Numbered from the whole stretch's first letter, positions 12,416-27,042 are shown. The stretch is DNA of 62,521 nt, filler included, from Pirum gemmata (GCA_002812295.1; 13 parts of 13 records of this genome joined end to end with filler, not necessarily neighbours in it), one strand, 5' to 3'. Program-made: numbers and translations. Notes: a model not told the origin generated them from the letters alone.

Positions 12416-14125
12416 GTCTTATTAAAAGAGAGAGAGAGTTAAAATTGCTATATAGGTTATAATTAATTATATTTATTGTTAACGTTAAAAACATTACTAT
12501 ATTACTTACTTTCGCTAAGTTTATATACAGTATGTTGGCATTATCAACAACTTTTATATAGTATTCTGATATAAGGTTTTATTTTTAATTAATAATTGTC
12601 TTATTATCATAAGAGATGGTTAAAAGTATTTCTACGTATTAAAAGGTTAGAATTATAATTATTGTCAATGTTAAAATTATTACTATATACTAAGTTTATA
12701 TTTGTATTAGTATCCTGGTATTATCAACAACTTGTACACACTATCCTGACATTAGCAACAACTTAAATAGTTATTATGATAATGTCTTATTATCATAAGA
12801 GATAGTTAAAATTATTACTACATGTTAAAAGGTTAAAATTATAATTGTTGTTAACGTTAAAATTATCACTATATATACTTACTTTCTATAAGTTTATATA
12901 TATATATTAGTATCCTGATATTATCAACAACTTATACACACTATCCTGACATTAGCAACAACTTTAATATGGCTATGGTGTATAAAAGTTACTGAAATCA
13001 GTAATACAACCGGGAAATAGAATAGAGTAATACAGAGTGCAAAAATAAAATATTTAACTTTTAAATCTTTTATTAAATTCAAATAAAGCGTGTATACAGA
13101 GTTTAGTTATTAGACCAATGTGCAGTTTAGCTAGCTAATTCTGTAAATTTCAAACTTAAGCGTTGTGTTATTTTTATCTTTTTGTTCTTGTTTTTGTTCT
13201 GGGATGTTATCCTGAACTTTTCGAATTTTCACAAATTCAGTGCTCTATTTATACTTGTTTTGAATTTACTTTATTATTAATTTAATTTATAGTGATACTT
13301 ATGGTTCCAGTCATCACTCAATACGTATTGTAATTATATTGGCACTCTCATCGTCTATCACAACGTTTTTATCATCTATCACATCATTATCGTCATCTAT
13401 CACCATTCTCGTCATCTATCACGAATAAATAGGTAACCAAGTTTTACCATTGTTATTCATTATGGTACCCTTGTCATATATATCACATCATTTTCGTCAT
13501 TTATCACGAATAGGTTATTACCATTGTTATTCGTATATGTAGTGATTTGCTACTAGTTATTGATGGCGTGATTTATACATTATATTACTGGTACAATTGA
13601 TATATGTATTAGTATGTTTAAATGTTAAAAAAATATATATTTATTATTAAATATATATATATATAATAATAAATTATTACATGTATAAATGATAATAATA
13701 CTAGTAATACTAGGTTATACTAGCCTAATGGTGCCATACACTAAGTTATTAAAAGGTCTTATTATCGCAAGAGATAGTTAAAATTATTACTAACATATCA
13801 AAAGGTTAGAATTATAATTATTGTTATAGTAAATTATTACTATATACTTACTTTCTATAAGTCTATATGTATATATTAGTTACCTGGTATTATCCACAAC
13901 TTGTACACACTATCCTGACATTAGCAATAACTTACATAGTTACTAATGTCTTATTATCATTAGAGATAGTTAAAATTATTACTTAGATTTATAATTATTG
14001 TTAACGTTAAAATTATTACTATATACTTACTTTCTATAAGTATATATATATATACTGGTATCCTGGTATTATCAACAACTTGCTTGTACACACTATCCTG
14101 GCATTAGCAATAACTCATATAGTTA
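12416..14125 (+). repeat. ~185-bp tandem repeat, 3 + 2 copies split by ~800 bp
   Basis: Unit GTCTTATTATCATAAGAGATAGTTAAAATTATTACT...TATCAACAACTTGTACACACTATCCTGACATTAGCAA starts near 12416, 12597, 12784, 13757 and 13948. Confidence 0.85.
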
Positions 14126-15408
14126 TAATATTAATATTTTTTTAAACCACAATTTATCGGTTCTAACATTCACAAATTACTCCCTGTTGGTTTGTATGAT
14201 CCCCCCCCCCCAGTCCCACCAACATCGGAAGTAAGGCAACCCTAACAACCCCCTAACCCTAAATGACAAAAATTTTAAACATAACATTAAATTTTTCTAA
14301 ATTACCATTATTAGATATTACTAGGCTATGGTACTGCATTGGTGCAAACGGTCTAGAAACAATAATAATAATAATTACTACTACNNNNNNNNNNNNNNNN
14401 NNNNNNNNNNNNNNNNNNNNNNNNNNNNTTAATTAATTAANNNNNNNNNNNNNNNNNNNNNNNNNNNNNNNNNNNNNNNNNNNNATCATATTCTAAAAAA
14501 TACTTTTTTAGCTACAGAAGTGCAGACTGTGCAGTCAAACCAGTGCGTTTTCCTTTTTTTTAGCTTTCCATTGTTGTTTACTGGTATTATTATGTGTTTT
14601 TGAATTTTTCTGATTTCAAATATATAATATAGTCAATAATAATATAGCTATAGTCTATCATAATAACATGTATTTTTTTATACAGTTTTTTGTAGCATAT
14701 ATATATCAATATGTATGATGTAACATATAGTATATCAATTTATCTGAGATCTGAGTAGGTTCTATCAGTGTTCTATCACTTTCTACAGTCACTTTCTAAG
14801 TTTCTATCGATAAATTGACTGTGATTTGATTCTTTGAATTTTTCTGATTTCAATGTATCGGGATATATGTGTTTAAAATATGATAGCACCTAGTGAATAG
14901 CACTCAAATGATAAATCAATGATGTAAAACTTTGAGGACCAAATATCAGTTGAAATATTATGTAGCTTTACCCTTTATTGCTTATCATAATAATCATGAT
15001 AGTATTTTATATGTAATATTATTGCTATACAATAATAAACAAAAGCCAGAAAGAGAAAAACTGATATTACCGTCCGTATGAGTATAATGTCTAATTTATT
15101 TTGTTTATTGATATTTAAATGATATTTTTATTCAAACATAGTATATTACAGTAACACACTAGCACTACTCTTAAAAATAATATATGATATATCGCGATAG
15201 TGATATATAAAATTTTATTGTTAATATTTTTAAATGATATGCATAATTATTATGGTACTAAGTTTTATATAATAAAATTATGATGGTGATAAATAAAAAT
15301 CCATTATGATACATAGAGTGACTTGTTAGAGTCTGCTTGCTAGCTATATATAATTATATATCTATAATATTATATTGCATCATTATATCATGGATTAATG
15401 ACCAATTA

Positions 15409-15577
15409 TGCGATGTCGAAGGTTGTAGCACCCATGTACAATATAAAGAAGGTGGGATAAGAAATAAATGTATTAAACACGGAGGTTTGTCATTATGTGA
15501 TGGCGAAGGTTGTAGTACACCTTTACAATACCAAGAAGGTGGGATAAGAAATAAATGTTCAAAACACGGAGGTTTAC
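15409..15577 (+). pseudogene. Two tandem Cys/His zinc-finger-like repeats (CxxEGC...CxKHGG), 87-bp unit
   Basis: CDVEGCSTHVQYKEGGIRNKCIKHGGLSL / CDGEGCSTPLQYQEGGIRNKCSKHGG. A third unit is broken and there is no credible start. Confidence 0.65.
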
Positions 15578-17982
15578 CTTCAGGGTTTACCATTATGCGA
15601 TGTTGGATATGGTAGTAATACATAAAAATTTCATTTATATTTGAAACATAATTGCAAAGTATGTAATACTAGTTAATACTCATGTGTACAAAGTAGTACA
15701 AAGCAGTACTGCTTGCTTGCCAGATTTGTCAATGGATAGTAAAATATGAGAGGACGGGAAACAATGTGTCATACACCCTTATTTATAATTATAAAAGTGC
15801 CAGTATTCGCTCAATTTTACGCTTTTGTCGCGTAAAGTGTCTATAATTATCATAATATGTATATCTGATATGTAGACTATATCAGATATATATATTATGA
15901 TATATCAAGGGGTGACAAGGACCTACTAATATAAATTATTATATAATATGATATCGATACTAAGTATCAAGAACTTCAAAAAAGTCCTTGCTAAAAAAAT
16001 ATATATTATAGGGTCTAATATCTAATAAAAAAATAAATGGAAAGGATTCAGGTGTATTAGCCTATTATTAGGGGTTTTAGGATTGTAATTAGGCTAACTC
16101 GAGTCTACCGAACCTACGCTACAGTAATTGTCAGTAAACTAGATAGTAAACTCTACAGTACTGGACTACCGGTTTTTGTAGCCTTTGGTGGAATTTCTTG
16201 AAAAGGAAATTATGCAATTCCCTCAATTCTCTTCGATACTTTAGGCACCCTTTTGGCAGCCTTTTGGCTGATGAGATTCTTTTGGAATTTCTCCCAGAGT
16301 CCATTTACAGTTATTAAATATTATAAAAAAAATAATAATACTTGGGTAACTTGGGTTTTAACACTGTTTTTTAAAACTTTTTTTTAAAATACCCTTCATT
16401 TTAAATTTTTTTTTTTTTTTTATGACAAAAAAAAAAAATAGGTTTAGAGAGTGTTTAGAGTTAGACTAGACCCAGTCTACCTGTTAAAATTTACATTCGT
16501 TTAGGTAGACCTTTATTTGCTAGCCTTTATTTGGTATCTTAAAATATGACCTACTGGCTCCATCTTATAACTGGCCTTCTTTGGAGAACATAATAAATAG
16601 AAAAACATTCCAAATTAGAAACATATGTCTATAATAAACAGATAAAAATATAATTTGGTAGCTTTTATTTCCATTTTTTTCCAGGACAAAGATTTTCTTT
16701 CAAACAAAGATTCGACCAGTAATGGTAGTTGGGCTCAGAAAACTTGCTAAAAATAGAAAAACTGTAATTTAACTGAAAAAAAAAAAAAATTAAAAAATCA
16801 GTAAGCAAAAAAAAAAAAAAAAAAAAAAGCCACCCATCTATCAACGGGGGCACTGACACCTCTAGCTAGCACTTCTAGCTAGTAGCAATCAATATTAGAC
16901 TATGAAAAAAGTAAGAAAAAAGTGAAAAGTTTATCAAAGCAGTGAAAAGTTGAAGCTTGAAACCCACAAAAGTGACAAAACAGTTCTGAACTGAAAACTC
17001 ACCACCAGTTTCACCACCAGTAAATTCTTATGATGAAAGATTTTTTTGATATCTTTCCAATCTTTCCAACCAACAAAATATTATGTTGCGTAACTTGCCG
17101 CTTTACTTGCGTTGCTCAAAAAAACTCTAGCAAAAATAACGTCATCTATATATTGATTCTACGATATGATTTTTAAACTTCGATTGAATATCGTGTTTTT
17201 TAATAGTCTAGTGTTGACCAAATTATTATTATGGTATTAAACTATCAGACATGTTTTAATTAAATATTAATTTGGTATTTTATATTTAAAATGTTTTGTA
17301 TTTTATAAACAAGTTCAATTATACGCTTAAACAGTACCAAATTAAAGATTGAGAGGACAACTCAGACGATAAGACGTCTAGATTTCCTTTTTTTTTTTTT
17401 GTTTATTTTTATTTATTATTATTTATTATTTTCTTCTAGTTATTTTCTTGACCCTTGAACTTGTTTTTCTTTATTAAATAGCACTGTTTTTGCTTTTTTG
17501 CTTTTGTTCTTTACTTTTCTCTAAACTTTCATTCTCGCTATTGAATTACTTGCGCTATTTCGTGAACATTATCAGTTTTCAACTTCATATGATATCATCA
17601 AGTATATAACATAATACTACATCAAGTATTATCAACACTATCTTTTTTGATTTATTTATTTATGATATTATTTATATGATGCAAACAATCAAAAAACGTT
17701 CTACTTTTTTTTACTAATTCAATTTTTTTTATCTTCGAAAATTTCAAACCTAATACCTTTTTAAGACCTGACTAATGTTAGTCTGACTAATGTTCGAAAA
17801 CTGAAAATTCTAGCGAACCCCAAAAGCCAGACGTTTTTAAATAATTGTTTGCACCACAGTCTATAGAGCTGTCTATAGACTGATTAAAAAAAGAGAGCAT
17901 GGATAGCCAGGATAGAATAGTGATAGAATACGGATTATAAGCTACAGTACTTAGCTACTAGCTAGCCAGAGCTAAATCATCC

Positions 17983-18118
17983 ATAAAGGACGTCATCTAA
18001 TCTTACCTATGCCTCTTTGTTCAAAATTCATTTTAATAATAATTAATTACTACCTAAAACAGTTGAAGTCACACTTTCCAGCAATGACTTCTATCAAAGA
18101 ATAAGTGACGTCCTTTAT
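17983..18118. mobile_element. MITE family D (13-bp TIR ATAAAGGACGTCA); second copy ~26124-26268
   Basis: Perfect TIR ATAAAGGACGTCA...TGACGTCCTTTAT. Internal TAAAACAGTT.AAGTCACA...GCAATGACTTCTATCAAAGAATAAGT is shared by both copies. Confidence 0.8.
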
Positions 18119-19457
18119 AATTCTTATGAATGCACCCAAACTAGTAGTAGTAGACTAGTAGTAGTATCTGATGATAATACATTATACATGAGTTTTTACA
18201 GACCACTTTCAGACCAACTGTCAGACCAGAGAGACCCCAAAATGCCCAAATCAGTAGTACGATGGGCAGATGACGTTGGCTGCTTTCGGAGGTGAGTCCA
18301 ATTTAAGTAATACCCCCAAACCTACAAAATTTTAAATCCCAAAAGACCAATGTACCTATTCTATACCTTGGCATTAATTGATAACGATAACGCTAATGGC
18401 AATAAAGATGATGATGACTGGCGATTGATAATGTAAATGTATAGTCTTTTATGTGAATTCTGATTATAATGATAATAATAATAATAATGATAATAATAAT
18501 GATAATGATATATTGGAAATGATAATGATAATGATAATCATGATATGGTTGATAAGGATAGTAATAGTAAGCGTGATGGTGATAATAATTATTAAAACGA
18601 TGATAATAATTATAATGATATAATAATGCTAATGAAAATGATGATATTATTGATAATAGTAATAGTTATGGTGACAATAATTATTAAAACGATGATGATA
18701 ATGATAATGTTAACGTTAAAATGTTAATGTTAATGGTAATATTAATGGTAATGGTAATAATAATAGCAATGGTAATGATAATGGTAATGATAAAAGTAAC
18801 AATAGGGGTACACATGATGATGATGTTGATGTTGATGTTGATGTTTTAACTTTATAAATTAGCGATATTAATTATTCATAAAAATAAAGATATTGATAAT
18901 GATATTGGATATAAATATTATATTGTAATTGATTATTAATTTTAAAATTTATTATGATAATATTAATGGCAATGATAATAATATTAGTTGGGAATTAATT
19001 AAAATGACATTACATTTTATGTTAACACAATGATAACATCTAATGATTATAATGGTAATGATTATAATATCGTTATTTTTTAAAAAACGAGAATAATGAT
19101 AGTAATAACATAATGATATTATTATTTTATTATTTCTACATTGTAACCACCCCTACACAAAAGTGCCAGTATTCGCACATTATTATTATTATTATTATTN
19201 NNNNNNNNNNNNNNNNNNNNNNNNNNNNNNNNNNNNNNNNNNNTTAATTAATTAANNNNNNNNNNNNNNNNNNNNNNNNNNNNNNNNNNNNNNNNNNNNA
19301 AAACATACCAAATTAAATGAAATGGATTTATATTGTATTAATTTGGTATTATTTAGTGTATATTTTATGATGACAAAATAACTGAAAAGAACGATAAATA
19401 ATTCTGTTATCTTCTTTGCTTGCTTTGTATTTTTATCATACATGGTGCCAGCAATTT

Positions 19458-19582
19458 TAAAACGTCTAACTTTTTTGTGTTTCACTAGAAAGTTCAGTTT
19501 TCGAATATAAGTAAAGAAATAGATTTGATTGATTTGAAAAAAATAAGACTTTTAAAATTAGTATAAAAAAGTTAGACGTTTT
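19458..19582. mobile_element. MITE family G (TIR AAAACGTCTAACTTTTTT); inverted copy at 19978-20158
   Basis: AAAACGTCTAACTTTTTT...AAAAAAGTTAGACGTTTT. The second copy has the same ends in reverse orientation. Confidence 0.7.
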
Positions 19583-20023
19583 TTTAAAAATTACTTACAT
19601 CATTTTGTCACTCTGGATATTTATTTGGTTGGTTATAATATTTAATTGGACACTTTTAAATGAATAAATAGATAATATAATATACCAAATTAAATAAAAT
19701 GGGTTTATATTGTATTAATTTCGTACTCTTTATTGTATATTTTATGATGATAAAACAACTAATACTAGAGGACTTTTTTAAAATGATAATAATAACAACA
19801 AAAAAAGAAATGATATATTCTAAATTTGGGTTTTGGGCTAACTTTTTTGATGTGTGCGGAAAAATGCGAATTATCCCTTTTTTTTTTAAAAAAAAGTTTA
19901 AAATTATATATATAAAAAAGGCTATGAAGTTACGCATTTTCTGCGCTCCAAAATATTTTGATAAGGTGCAAACATTTTAAAAACGACCAACTTTTTTTTA
20001 CGAATTAAAAGTCTCATAATTTT

Positions 20024-20122
20024 TAGGGTTAGGGTCAGTGTTAGGGTTAGTGTCTAAGAGTTAGGCTAGGGTTACGGTTAGGGTTAGGGTTAGGGTTAGG
20101 GTTCAGGGTTAGGGTTAGGGTT
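20024..20122 (+). repeat. Interstitial (TTAGGG)n array within a family G element
   Basis: Canonical and variant TTAGGG units flanked by both ends of the element. Confidence 0.9.
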
Positions 20123-20548
20123 CGTCCCCTAAAAAAAAACACAAAAGTTGGACGTTTATAATCTTGAACCAAAAGAATATATTTTTTTTTATATCATTTC
20201 CGGTCAACTACAGCTTCAAATACCCCTATCTACCTACCCCTCGACGTTAATTTCCGGTCAAATACCACCTACTTACCTACCCCTTGATGTGACGTATTAT
20301 TTTAACGCTCCCTATTGGATTAAAATCCAATATTTTGGCTTTTTTTTATTTTATTGAATTTTTATTCGTTCGATTCAATGTTCGATTTATCAATAATCAC
20401 CCTTTTTGATTCAAACGATGTATTAAATATTACCAAATTGTAGTGTAAAATTACCAAATTATTATTATTTACAATTGTAATAATACTACAGACTATAATA
20501 CGACCTATGTTTCCCACTAAAAATTACCAACTTTGAAATACAAAGTAC

Positions 20549-20588
<40 letters not shown>

Positions 20589-20787
20589 TTTTAGGAAAGT
20601 TTTTTGGTTGGCTGATCTTTTTCAAGTCGTTTTTTGTACCTACGTGATTGTTTTATAATAGATACCAATTTAATTATATTGGTATTTTATTATAATAATT
20701 GAGATCTCTCAAAAATAGCCAATTTAGAAGCTTCATGATACCTACTATGAGACGCACCAAAGTAAATTTTATTAATAGTCTACCGGC

Positions 20788-21021
20788 AGGAGGGATGACA
20801 TGACGTCATAATACTAATACTAACCTAGGGTACGGCAAAAATTGAAAATTTGACTTAAATTACTATAAAAAGTTAACTTGTAACTATTAATAGTAATACT
20901 TAATATAGTAAACTACTATTTTAAGGATATAAATATTTATTTTAAGTAATAATTTTTTGCCATCTCAATTCCTTTTGTAACCTATCTCCAAATTTCTGCC
21001 AAAGGGGATGTCATCCCTCCT
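20788..21021. mobile_element. Short TIR element, family E (14-bp perfect TIR AGGAGGGATGACAT)
   Basis: AGGAGGGATGACAT...ATGTCATCCCTCCT around a non-coding AT-rich interior. Confidence 0.65.
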
Positions 21022-22605
21022 CTACCGGCCTAGCTAGGTCTACCGGCCTAGGTTTAACGTTACCGGCAGCGTTGTTCAACAGTGTTCAACTCAAATGATA
21101 AATGACGGTATAAGATCAGATTAATTAACAATCAGATGAACATTCTAAGCTTTCAGATTGCGATCCATTCCATTTAAATAGAAATCTAGAAAAAGGGTAT
21201 TTCAAAAGTGACGTTATCGTAAGTCTGTATAAAGAACATTCATTAATAATGACTTTTTCTTTTTTTTAAAACACTACTGGGTAGACCCTTCCACCTTCTG
21301 ACCTATCAGATGAAAACTTTAAGCTATCATATTGCGATCTAAGCCATTAAAATGGAAATCTAGAAAAATGGTATATCGTGTTTTTCATTTATTTTGTCAC
21401 TGTAAATATTAATTTGGTGGGTTATAATATTTAAATTGACATTTTTTTATCAATACATAGATAATAAAATATACGAAATTAAATTAAATGGTATTATATA
21501 GTATTAATTTGGTACTCTTTACTGTATATTTTTTTAAGACAAAATAACTGAAAACCACTATAATAAACATCAGAAATAAATATAGGATTGCTGGGATTGT
21601 TGGCCTAGCAAGCTACTGGCTAGTAGCTAGCTAGTAGCAGATTGTTGGCTGGTAGTTTATAATAGGAGGGGTGACACCCACTGCTACCCTAACCCTAACC
21701 CTAACACTCCCTAACCCTAACCCTAACCCTAAGTATGGGACTACTAGCTAGATCTGTGTGGGAGGATTGATGACATAATATTTTTAAGTTGGCACTTTTA
21801 AAAATAAATAAATAGATAATATAATATACCAAATTAAATAAAATGGATTTATATGGTATTAATTTGGTACTCTTTATTGTATATTTTATGATGACAAAAC
21901 AACTGAAAAGCACGATATTATTTACATAAAAAAAAAAGGGTTGGACTTTTAATTAGTAAAAAAAAGTAGGAAGTTTTTATCATAGATTATTTACACATAA
22001 TTATAGTGTTTTTCAGTTGTAATGTCATCATAAAATAGTTCCAAATTAATACAATATTAATCCATTTAATCTAATTTGGTATATTTTATTATCTATGTAT
22101 TGATTTAAAAAAATGCCAATTTAAAGATTATAACCCTCCAAATAAATAATAAGAGTGACAAACTAAATGAAAAGTACGACATAATAATCCTATAATAATA
22201 ATATCATAGCCTACATCCTTGATCTATAGTAACCGGGATATCGATATCACAAGTTCAAAAACTGAAATAAACGTATCAAATTATTATTATGGTTCAACTA
22301 TCGGCAATGTTTTAATTTATTTGGTATTTCATACATAATGTTTTATTTTATAAACCAGTTCAATTATATACTTAAACAGTACCAAATTAAAGATTGAGGT
22401 TTTTTAAATTGAAGGGATGCCTGTTTTTGGAAATATTAGAAAGTTTTTTTTTTTTTTTCGGCGGACCAATAACCTTTTCGCAATGTTTGAAGTTCGCTTG
22501 AGGTTCGTTGGTACGAAAATATAAAGACCAATGAAAAAAGGGTATTGCAATAGAAAAAAGCTAAAACAAACAAATTTGCCAAATTAGTAAGACTTTTTTT
22601 TAAAA

Positions 22606-22800
22606 GCCTCTCCCAATTCTGCTCGAACCCGAAAATTCAAATTTCTGCTGTCAAAAAATTTAGCCCTGTTCGAAAATTACTTTTTCCATTTTTTCGGGTT
22701 TATAAATCTTATAAATAAATCAATATACTTAACTGTTAGAGCTTAAAATTTTCGAACTCATTTAATTAATACATAGGCTTGAAAACTCGATTTTTTAAAC
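22606..22800 (+). repeat. Dispersed repeat; reverse-oriented copy at ~50870-51080
   Basis: GCCTCTCCCAATTCTGCTC.AACCCGAAAA.TC.AATTTCTGCTGT is shared between contigs 5 and 11. Both copies lie within ~50 bp of CCCTAA repeats. Confidence 0.75.
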
Positions 22801-22845
22801 AAAGCAGAAGCCTGTAGTCATAGTATAGTCTGTAGACTGCGGGTC

Positions 22846-22916
22846 TAACCCTAACCCTAACCCTAACCCTAACCCTAACCCTAACCCTAACCCTAACCCT
22901 AACCCTAACCTTAACC
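22846..22916 (-). repeat. Interstitial (CCCTAA)n array
   Basis: About 11 units. Similar arrays at about 3715-3741, 6153-6183, 21687-21732, 29889-30031, 30700-30810, 33849-33950, 35254-35297, 37250-37376, 44917-45008, 51085-51148, 52847-52926, 57686-57717. Confidence 0.92.
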
Positions 22917-24888
22917 TATTAAAATAATATAGAGGAAAAGCCAAGGGTTTTTTTTTCTTTTTTCTTGAAAAAACTTTGATAAACTTTTGAAAAACAGGGG
23001 AAATATCCTTTTTTGGAAAAAATGATTAAAAAAAAATTGCTAGAAAAAATTGGGTCACAGTTTTGGTTTATACATTTACATTTAATATCAACTCATTATG
23101 ATATATATTTATTTTGACAAAAGTTTAAATCATAGACAAGACTATTTGTAGACGGGAGTGGGGTGTATATATATATGTGTGTGTGTGTGGGGGGGTACAG
23201 TAATAGCATAATCTAAACTACAACATTAACAACAAACAAACAAAAAGTTCGATTGAGCAATAAATAATTAATAGTAGCAGTGATGCCAGTGAAGTATTAA
23301 ACAATAACTTTAATTCAAACCTTTTTTTAAAAGTTCGATTTGGCGTAGAAAGAATCTGAGACCCAAACTGTTAGTTAATCTTGTATTGTTTGAATATAAT
23401 TAATAATATCTTGCTTTTTAGTTGTTTTGTCATCATAAAATATACAATAAAGAGTACCAAATTAATACAATATAAATCCAATTCATTTAATTTGGTATAT
23501 TTTATTATCCATTTAAATGTCAATTAAAAAAATATAACCAACCAAATAAATATTCGGAGTGGCCAAATAAATAAAAAGCGTTATATAATAATGATAATGA
23601 AATTAATTAAAATCAAAACCACATTAAAAAAACGCAGAGAAAAACGCGAGCAAGTCATGTATGTCAAATGAGGCTTCGATACCAGCAATATTTTTTAAAA
23701 ATTTATCCCAATTTTTAATTATAATGTCAAGTATTAAATTATCTATATCATAATGTGTATTATGACCATATTTATTATCGGTAAAAAAAACGAGACTTTC
23801 ATAAAAGTAAAATTTTCTTGCTATAGTTTAGAATTATAATAATATTATTATCCAAGGAACTTCAAAAAAAAAATTGAAGGTCTTTGTCTACTACTAAACT
23901 AATTCTTGTACAGAGACTACTAGAGACTCACTACAGTAACAGAGCAGACAGAGAGAGTTTTTGTATCTGTTTTTAATTTTTTTTTTTTTTTTTTTTTTNN
24001 NNNNNNNNNNNNNNNNNNNNNNNNNNNNNNNNNNNNNNNNNNTTAATTAATTAANNNNNNNNNNNNNNNNNNNNNNNNNNNNNNNNNNNNNNNNNNNNAT
24101 TATTATTATTATTATTATTATTATACTACTACAGTTATTACGGCCACTAATACTACTATTAAAGTATACTACCGTCACCACTAGCTAGTATAGTTACTAC
24201 TACAGTTACCACTACCACTCTAGTGCTGTTAGACTACTGTTAGTTAGTTTCTTTTTTTATTTTTTTTTAATTAATAAAAAGACTTACTAGATATACTAGT
24301 AAAGACTTTATTAAAAGTATAAATCCCAACATAGACCATAATAACAACAACTATAACGCCATAATATTAGAAACAAAGGTTAAAAACCAATATTTCTACA
24401 ACAAAAGAACAATAAAATTATTACTAATTATGAGAAGTACAACAAGTTAATTAAAACCGAACGATAATCAAATCATTAACGTATACCAAAGTATTATGAA
24501 ACAAGTCAACAAACTATTTTTTATTTTTTTATTTTTATTTTATTTATTTATTTAATTAAATGACATGATATTATTGTGAAAAGTATCATACAACAAGTTA
24601 AAACCGAACGACATCAAACCATTAACTTATAGCCTACCAAAGTATTATGAAGCAAGTCAACAAACTACAACTACAACTATAATTATTATGATAACTTTAG
24701 ACCCGGGTCTATGTGTTGTCCAGTTCAAAAACCGAAATTTAAAGATTGAGAGGACAACTAGTACTGTAATGAAATGGACGATAACAGTTCGATAACTGTA
24801 ACCTACTGCTTCTAGTCTAGTTAGCTATCATAGCTATCATACTATAGCTAGCTAGACTACTAGACTATGATAGAAAACAGACTATGAT

Positions 24889-25784
24889 AGCTCTGCTTCT
24901 CCTTTTTTTTCTTGAAAAAAAGAAAAAAAGGAAAACAGGACTTTCCTCACTAGCCATGTTTTTTTAAAAAAAAAATGGCCATTGGTTCATAATAGAGTTT
25001 TCTTATTGTGCTTTTCAGAGTTGTAATATTTATAATAAATAGTACCAAATTAATACAATATAAATCCATTTCATTTAATTTGGTATATTTTATTTATCTA
25101 TTTATTCATTTAAAAATGTCAATTTAAATATTATAACCAACCAAATAAATATTCGGAGTGACAAAATAAATAATACATGATGTCATAGCGAGCTACTACT
25201 AGCTAGCTAGTAGCTAGTATCGATAGCTAGCTAGCTAGGGCTATAAAAACTATCATACGATTTTTGCCTTGTAAATTTTCTATGAGAAGTAAGCAAGTGA
25301 ACCGGCCCTCAGTGAACCGGCCGTAAGTGAACCGGCCGACCGCACTTCGAAAGATGAAGTATGATATTAAATGATATTATAATAAAAAATAGTTAAAAAA
25401 TCATGCTAATGCATGATGGGGTATTACCTGATATGAGTACTATACAATTTCCTGTGTACAATTTCCAATACTATTGTAAATATAATACAATACAATACTA
25501 AGATCTGAATTACGTGTTATTTTGACTTAACTTGGCCAAAGCTTCTCGGATATGTTGTTGAAATTCTCTGGCGCGTGTGTTTGTTACAGTAATAGTAAAT
25601 TAGTAATAGCAACTGTTGTTGATTTGTAGTCATGATATTTTTGTATAAAATTTAATGATTTGATTATAGATTTTGTTTTGTTGTGTTTTTCAAGCGTTTT
25701 TGAGGCGTTTTTGACAGACTAGAAACCAGAAATAGTCTATTCGTCCTGTTTTCCTTTTTGTAAAAAAAGGAGGAGCAGCTCTAT
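24889..25784. mobile_element. Possible ~900-bp non-autonomous TIR element containing a nested MITE-A
   Basis: CTGCTTCTCCTTTTTTT...AAAAGGAAAACAGGAC at the left is the inverted match of GTCCTGTTTTCCTTTT...AAAAAAAGGAGGAGCAG at the right. Confidence 0.55.
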
Positions 25785-26649
25785 CTAGTAGCTAGAGAGT
25801 GCTAGCTAGAGTAGCTCTCTAGCTAGTAGCTAGCTAGGTCATAAAAAATATCGATATATCAGATACTTTGATACACCAGGTTTTTAATTAACACTGGGGT
25901 GGGGTTACTAGTGCTTACTACCGGTACGTACTACTGGTATCGGCGTGTTGGATGTATCATGTATCAGTATCACTTCCAAAATACTACGGTACGGTAGCCT
26001 AGCTAGCTACTAGAGACTCAAAGACCTTTTTTTCCCAGGGTCTAATTAGGGTTTAACTAAGGGTCTACTAAGTAGTAAGGGTCTTTGGGTAGACTTAGAC
26101 TACTTCTAGCTAAAGAATCATTAATAAAGGACGCCACCTAATCTTTGTCCAAACCACTTTTGGTCATAATTTTTTAAAGTTCATTTTAATAATTAATTAC
26201 TGCCTAAAACAGTTTAAGTCACATTTTCGAGCAATGACTTCTATCAAAGAATAAGTCACGTTCTTTATGAATGGGCTCGAACTCTAATAAGGTGAAGTCT
26301 CTATCAGTGGTCTCTATCTATATGGGTGCATGGTTTCCTAAATATAGTAGTTTTTATATAATTCATATGATACCGGTATACCAGTACGGTAGTACCGTAA
26401 TAAGGTTTCTCATTCAAGGCTCATTGTCAAAGTACTGTAAGTCTGTGACTCTGTGTCAAAGTATTTTAAATATCGATAACCTAAACTTTTTAAAAAAAGG
26501 AGTTTTCTAAAACTATAGCACTATTTTTTAATTGAAGATAGAATAACTCATTTTGCCTTCGCCGAAACCTAAGTCGCCGAAACCTTATTAATTTAATATT
26601 TATAAATATTATCAATAAATTTTCAAAAAAAAAAATGAGTTTGAGCAAG

Positions 26650-27042
26650 GGGTTAGTTAGGGTTAGGGTTAGGGTTAGTGCTAGAGTAGTAGTTAAGATG
26701 TTGGGTTATAATTAGGGTGGGTTAGGGTGTTGGGTTAGGGTGTTGGGTTAGGGATAGGGTTAGGGCTAGAGGTTTAGGGTTAGGGTTAGGGTTAGGGTTA
26801 GGGTTAGGGTTAGGGTTAGGGTTAGGGTTAGGGTTAGGGTTAGGGTTANNNNNNNNNNNNNNNNNNNNNNNNNNNNNNNNNNNNNNNNAGGGTTAGGGTT
26901 AGGGTTAGGGTTAGGGTTAGGGTTAGGGTTAGGGTTAGGGTTAGGGTTAGGGTTAGGATTAGGGTTAGGGTTAGGGTTAGGGTTAAGCTGAGGGTTAGGG
27001 TAGGGTTACGGTTAGGGTTAGGGTTAGGGTTAGGGTAGGGGT
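26650..27042 (+). repeat. Long interstitial (TTAGGG)n array with an internal 40-N scaffold gap
   Basis: More than 45 units, degenerate at both edges, with non-telomeric DNA on both sides. Confidence 0.92.

Noticed and set aside
18370..19200. Asn/Asp-like AAT/GAT-rich region as a coding exon
   Set aside because: Frequent stops and no sustained ORF; low-complexity non-coding DNA.
26650..27042. True chromosome end or telomere fusion
   Set aside because: Same orientation on both sides of the gap with non-telomeric DNA on both flanks. Only 52847-52926 and the degenerate 33849-33950 have end-compatible position and orientation, and both are more simply assembly breaks.
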